DNA of 64,000 nt from Botryllus schlosseri. Its lineage: Eukaryota. The translations under genes were made by a program, and so were the position numbers. Under the pieces are notes generated by a model, which was not told where the DNA came from, searched no databases, and was given only the letters and a program-made list of their open reading frames with translations. Location of the stretch: the NCBI GenBank assembly GCA_051294905.1, contig CM119372.1, forward strand, positions 12,526,001-12,590,000. The letters are read 5' to 3'. Below, piece by piece: positions 62,401 through 64,000 of the stretch. The first letter of the stretch is position 1; every line of letters begins with the position of its first letter.

Positions 62401-63916
62401 ATGTTTGAACCACTCCTTTCTATCCTAAAGTACAGAGTGCACTGTATACATAGTGTCATATACTCGATATACATTTCGAAATGGGCGTATATAGGTATAG
62501 GAATCTATTACGCTCGAAATTAAACCTATTGCCATACCTGTTGCCTGGGGAAATTAGGAGAGAACCCGCTTATGCCTTGTTGATAGCGACTGCGAACGAG
62601 GGGGATTTCCACAGTACCGGTTCCTTCTGGGTCGTACAATGAGTCGTTCTTCGGGATCGGTATGTTGAAATATTCTGGCGGACAGCCGGGCCGTTGTGCG
62701 TCGAGAATTTCCTCCACGACCTGTTGACCTACGCGGTCGCGGCAACGTAATGCTCTTTTAATAGGGTATATAGTATTTACTTTGCACACATCAGGTACCA
62801 GGACTTTCTTTTTAAAGTGGATTTAGTTACAACATTTAAAGTCAAGCTATATATTCGAATAAATTGTTGGCTTCACTTGCCTTCTTGATATTAAGTCACA
62901 TTCTTTGTTAAAGGTATACATAGCTTCTATTCAAAGGATTTAATGGCATGTGTCGCTGTCCATCAGCATGCGCGATACACTATACCGCCATAATGTTCCT
63001 ACGGCACATTATCGATACACTATTCTAAAAACCCTTTCAAAACATTAATATGCGGTCGCACAATTATGCTATCGTTACAAACTAATTATTATCGGCAAAA
63101 AATTGTCCCTGCGGGATGGCATTTGTCCTGTGGGATTCATTTCAGATCGCCAGGACAGGAACATTCGGCGCCATCAATTTAGGCGCCTATGGACAATTAA
63201 ACATGTATGTATATATATCGAGGTTTTGGGTCAGACCTAACATTTCGAGGTTTTGGATCAGACCTAACACTTTCATGGGCTGAACAGAAAATTTTCAAAC
63301 TTTTAGTTATATATTTCTATATAATATATAGAAACTTTCCTTCCCTGTAGCAATGCGGCTACTGGTTGGAATTGAACCAAATTTGGTGTGTAGGCTTAAA
63401 TTAGGTAACCTTACAATTTTATCAAGTAGCCAGTACGATTTGAGAAAAAAGTCATTTTTGAAGACCCCTAATGTCTGGGTACATCGTGGTGCAGTAATGG
63501 CCGACGCCGAAGTCTCCATTGCTATAAATCATGCGTATTTCTGTTGGGGGGAGGGTACCCAATAATCAAGATATTTGGCAATATGAAATCGCACGCAGAG
63601 CGGAAAAATTTTGAAAAAGTTGCATAAATTACCAAAAATATATTCTATAATTTTTGTTAATTCACTAAATAATTTTGAGCTCTCTTCGAACTCGCCCCCC
63701 CCCCAATTGGGGGGTTTGGGGTGCGGCAGCTACGGTCCTGGTTGTGATACTCACCGAAGAATACCATCAACGCAGTTTTGTTCAGATACGAGTTTTTGCC
63801 CGTGTCACCTTTCATCAACTGTTCACTAATCGTCCTGGGATTCGGTCTGTTCCATCCTGACGGCATGTATACTCCGTCTTGGTAATGGGACGGCAGGCGC
63901 CGCGTCAAAGGCATGT
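32335..63916 (-). CDS. DUOX: Dual oxidase copy B (spliced gene; exons 3-32 in window, exons 1-2 outside)
   Basis: 30 exons; exons 3-27 collinear with copy A; C-terminal HPFT (FAD), GGGIGVTPF (NADPH), FSCGPP and terminal HHFENF-stop. Confidence 0.95.
32586..32717 (-). CDS. DUOX: DUOX-B exon 31
   Basis: YICERKFQ...[15 protein letters not shown]. Confidence 0.9.
32801..32956 (-). CDS. DUOX: DUOX-B exon 30
   Basis: [16 protein letters not shown]...FDFRTLML. Confidence 0.9.
33016..34970. mobile_element. TIR element, TAGGGCGATTTTTTT family
   Basis: TIR TAGGGCGATTTTTTT/AAAAAAATCGCCCTA with TTTTGACC repeats. Confidence 0.75.
33274..34422. mobile_element. Nested CAGTGG-type hAT element with GGGGGCG repeats
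   Basis: CAGTGGTTCCCAAC/GTTGGGAACCAATG, perfect TSD TTATATAC. Confidence 0.88.
35235..35393 (-). CDS. DUOX: DUOX-B exon 29 (NADPH-binding)
   Basis: [14 protein letters not shown]...[17 protein letters not shown]. Confidence 0.92.
35455..35625 (-). CDS. DUOX: DUOX-B exon 28 (FAD-binding)
   Basis: VRIAC...[13 protein letters not shown]...HIRAVGPWT. Confidence 0.92.
36134..37019. mobile_element. CAGTGG-type hAT element
   Basis: terminal CAGTGGTTC/GAAACACTG; homologous to about 42280-44981; TSD not preserved. Confidence 0.65.
37083..37262 (-). CDS. DUOX: DUOX-B exon 27
   Basis: 180 nt, FDYKAGQW. Confidence 0.9.
37366..37489 (-). CDS. DUOX: DUOX-B exon 26
   Basis: 124 nt, [20 protein letters not shown]. 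Confidence 0.9.
37616..38530. mobile_element. TAGGGATGGTG family element
   Basis: TIRs present, decayed TSD; empty site in copy A near 2030. Confidence 0.8.
38730..39461. mobile_element. TIR element inserted in copy B intron 25
   Basis: flanked by direct repeat CTGAGACCTA; single site in copy A near 2203. Confidence 0.7.
39554..39737 (-). CDS. DUOX: DUOX-B exon 25
   Basis: 184 nt, [11 protein letters not shown]. Confidence 0.9.
39799..40029 (-). CDS. DUOX: DUOX-B exon 24
   Basis: 231 nt, TRGAAS...MHRYIA. Confidence 0.9.
40225..40636. mobile_element. hAT MITE, TAGGGTTACCA family
   Basis: TIR TAGGGTTACCA/TGGTAACCCTA, perfect TSD ACCACAGG. Confidence 0.9.
40868..41094 (-). CDS. DUOX: DUOX-B exon 23
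   Basis: 227 nt, [12 protein letters not shown]. Confidence 0.9.
41943..41989 (-). ncRNA. Minimal type I hammerhead ribozyme motif (DUOX-B intron 22)
   Basis: ACUGAC-G-UUCGCUA-CUGAUGA-G-AGUCAGU-C-GAAA-AGCU-UU^UAGCGAA: 7-bp stem I, palindromic stem III, overlapping AAUAAA. Confidence 0.75.
42452..44324. mobile_element. CAGTGG-type hAT element with tandem internal modules
   Basis: CAGTGGTTCTTA/TAAGAACCACTG, perfect TSD GTCTATCT. Confidence 0.88.
45636..45738 (-). CDS. DUOX: DUOX-B exon 22
   Basis: 103 nt, [10 protein letters not shown]...RRTARENIA. Confidence 0.75.
45897..46069 (-). CDS. DUOX: DUOX-B exon 21
   Basis: 173 nt, [10 protein letters not shown]. Confidence 0.88.
46395..47016. mobile_element. 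hAT-like MITE
   Basis: CAGTGGTGGC/GCCACCACTG, TSD GTTGTGAT/TTTGTGAT; empty site in copy A near 7616. Confidence 0.8.
47175..47268 (-). CDS. DUOX: DUOX-B exon 20 (EF-hand 2)
   Basis: 94 nt, [13 protein letters not shown]. Confidence 0.9.
47814..48021 (-). CDS. DUOX: DUOX-B exon 19 (EF-hand 1)
   Basis: 208 nt, [13 protein letters not shown]. Confidence 0.9.
48227..48415 (-). CDS. DUOX: DUOX-B exon 18
   Basis: 189 nt, matches copy A exon 18. Confidence 0.88.
48548..48706 (-). CDS. DUOX: DUOX-B exon 17
   Basis: 159 nt, ISLGPGK...ETYDL. Confidence 0.88.
49149..49817. mobile_element. CAGTGG-type hAT MITE
   Basis: CAGTGGTTCTCAACC/GGTTGAGAACCCCTG, TSD ATATAGGG/ATATAGGA. Confidence 0.8.
50198..50346 (-). 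CDS. DUOX: DUOX-B exon 16
   Basis: 149 nt, [13 protein letters not shown]. Confidence 0.85.
50413..50559 (-). CDS. DUOX: DUOX-B exon 15
   Basis: 147 nt, CPQPFPL. Confidence 0.88.
50696..52173. mobile_element. CAGTG-type hAT element with nested internal module
   Basis: TIRs; homologous (inverted) to 18735-19230 plus a ~1 kb insert. Confidence 0.75.
52984..53430. mobile_element. Nested MITE, TAGGG/CTTACCA family
   Basis: TIR TAGGCTTACCATA/TATGGTAAGCCTA, perfect TSD ACTATAGA. Confidence 0.9.
53476..54144. mobile_element. Nested hAT MITE
   Basis: ATGGCCAACC/GGTTGGCCAT ends, TSD ATATAGAC/ATATAGAA. Confidence 0.75.
54560..54684 (-). CDS. DUOX: DUOX-B exon 14
   Basis: 125 nt, matches copy A exon 14. 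Confidence 0.88.
54749..54927 (-). CDS. DUOX: DUOX-B exon 13
   Basis: 179 nt, DGDRFWFEN. Confidence 0.9.
54988..55113 (-). CDS. DUOX: DUOX-B exon 12
   Basis: 126 nt, [11 protein letters not shown]. Confidence 0.9.
55753..56502. mobile_element. Buster-like hAT element (GGGTCGC subterminal motifs)
   Basis: perfect TSD CTTTAGTA; empty site in copy A near 11229. Confidence 0.8.
56865..57038 (-). CDS. DUOX: DUOX-B exon 11
   Basis: 174 nt, [10 protein letters not shown]. Confidence 0.9.
57400..57745 (-). mobile_element. 3' fragment of CR1/L2-group LINE (bounds approximate)
   Basis: [34 protein letters not shown] resembles the ORF2 C-terminus of these LINEs. Confidence 0.6.
58220..58890 (+). mobile_element. 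SINE family 1 copy split by a TAGGGTTACCA-family MITE (58330-58720)
   Basis: tRNA-like head at 58220-58300, body resumes after TATGGTAACCCTA. Confidence 0.8.
58972..59095 (-). CDS. DUOX: DUOX-B exon 10
   Basis: 124 nt, [11 protein letters not shown]. Confidence 0.88.
59159..59270 (-). CDS. DUOX: DUOX-B exon 9
   Basis: 112 nt, [13 protein letters not shown]. Confidence 0.9.
59722..59809 (-). CDS. DUOX: DUOX-B exon 8
   Basis: 88 nt, KIIFYEWLP. Confidence 0.88.
59870..60036 (-). CDS. DUOX: DUOX-B exon 7
   Basis: 167 nt, [11 protein letters not shown]. Confidence 0.9.
60288..60426 (-). CDS. DUOX: DUOX-B exon 6
   Basis: 139 nt, [11 protein letters not shown]. Confidence 0.88.
60495..60626 (-). 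CDS. DUOX: DUOX-B exon 5
   Basis: 132 nt, [11 protein letters not shown]; one codon longer than copy A; weak donor chosen by phase. Confidence 0.75.
61108..62361. mobile_element. CAGTGG-type hAT element with nested modules
   Basis: CAGTGGTTCTCAACC/GGTTGAGAACCACTG, perfect TSD ATGTATAC. Confidence 0.9.
62538..62728 (-). CDS. DUOX: DUOX-B exon 4
   Basis: 191 nt, [10 protein letters not shown]...PRQQ. Confidence 0.9.
63755..63916 (-). CDS. DUOX: DUOX-B exon 3
   Basis: 162 nt, same peptide as copy A exon 3. Confidence 0.9.
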
Positions 63917-64000
63917 CTGACGAAAAGTACATAGGGGTTATAAGTTGACTTAAAAAGTCGCCATTTACCATGCTTGAGATTGACAAACCGTTCAAGTTTT

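Overview
Animal (invertebrate-type) genomic DNA containing two head-to-tail, minus-strand, intron-rich dual oxidase (DUOX) paralogs. Copy A runs from the start codon at 24108 through 27 coding exons and leaves the window at position 1, so its last five exons lie outside. Copy B runs from exon 3 at 63916 to the stop at 32335; its first two exons lie beyond 64000. All exons I traced have GT-AG borders and compatible phases, giving an inferred protein of about 1,590 aa (signal peptide, peroxidase-homology domain, TM, two EF-hands, NOX transmembrane core, FAD/NADPH domains). Introns and the 8 kb spacer are packed with often nested non-autonomous hAT-type elements (8-bp TSDs), tRNA-derived SINEs and LINE fragments; many are present in one paralog and absent at the matching site in the other. 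The most notable non-coding signal is a family of minimal type I hammerhead ribozyme motifs: two intact-looking copies lie in DUOX introns on the sense strand (one per paralog) with compensatory changes and a predicted loop-II pseudoknot, and a third copy is decayed. The many ~60-nt introns suggest a tunicate-like host, but that is inference only. All coordinates were read by hand.
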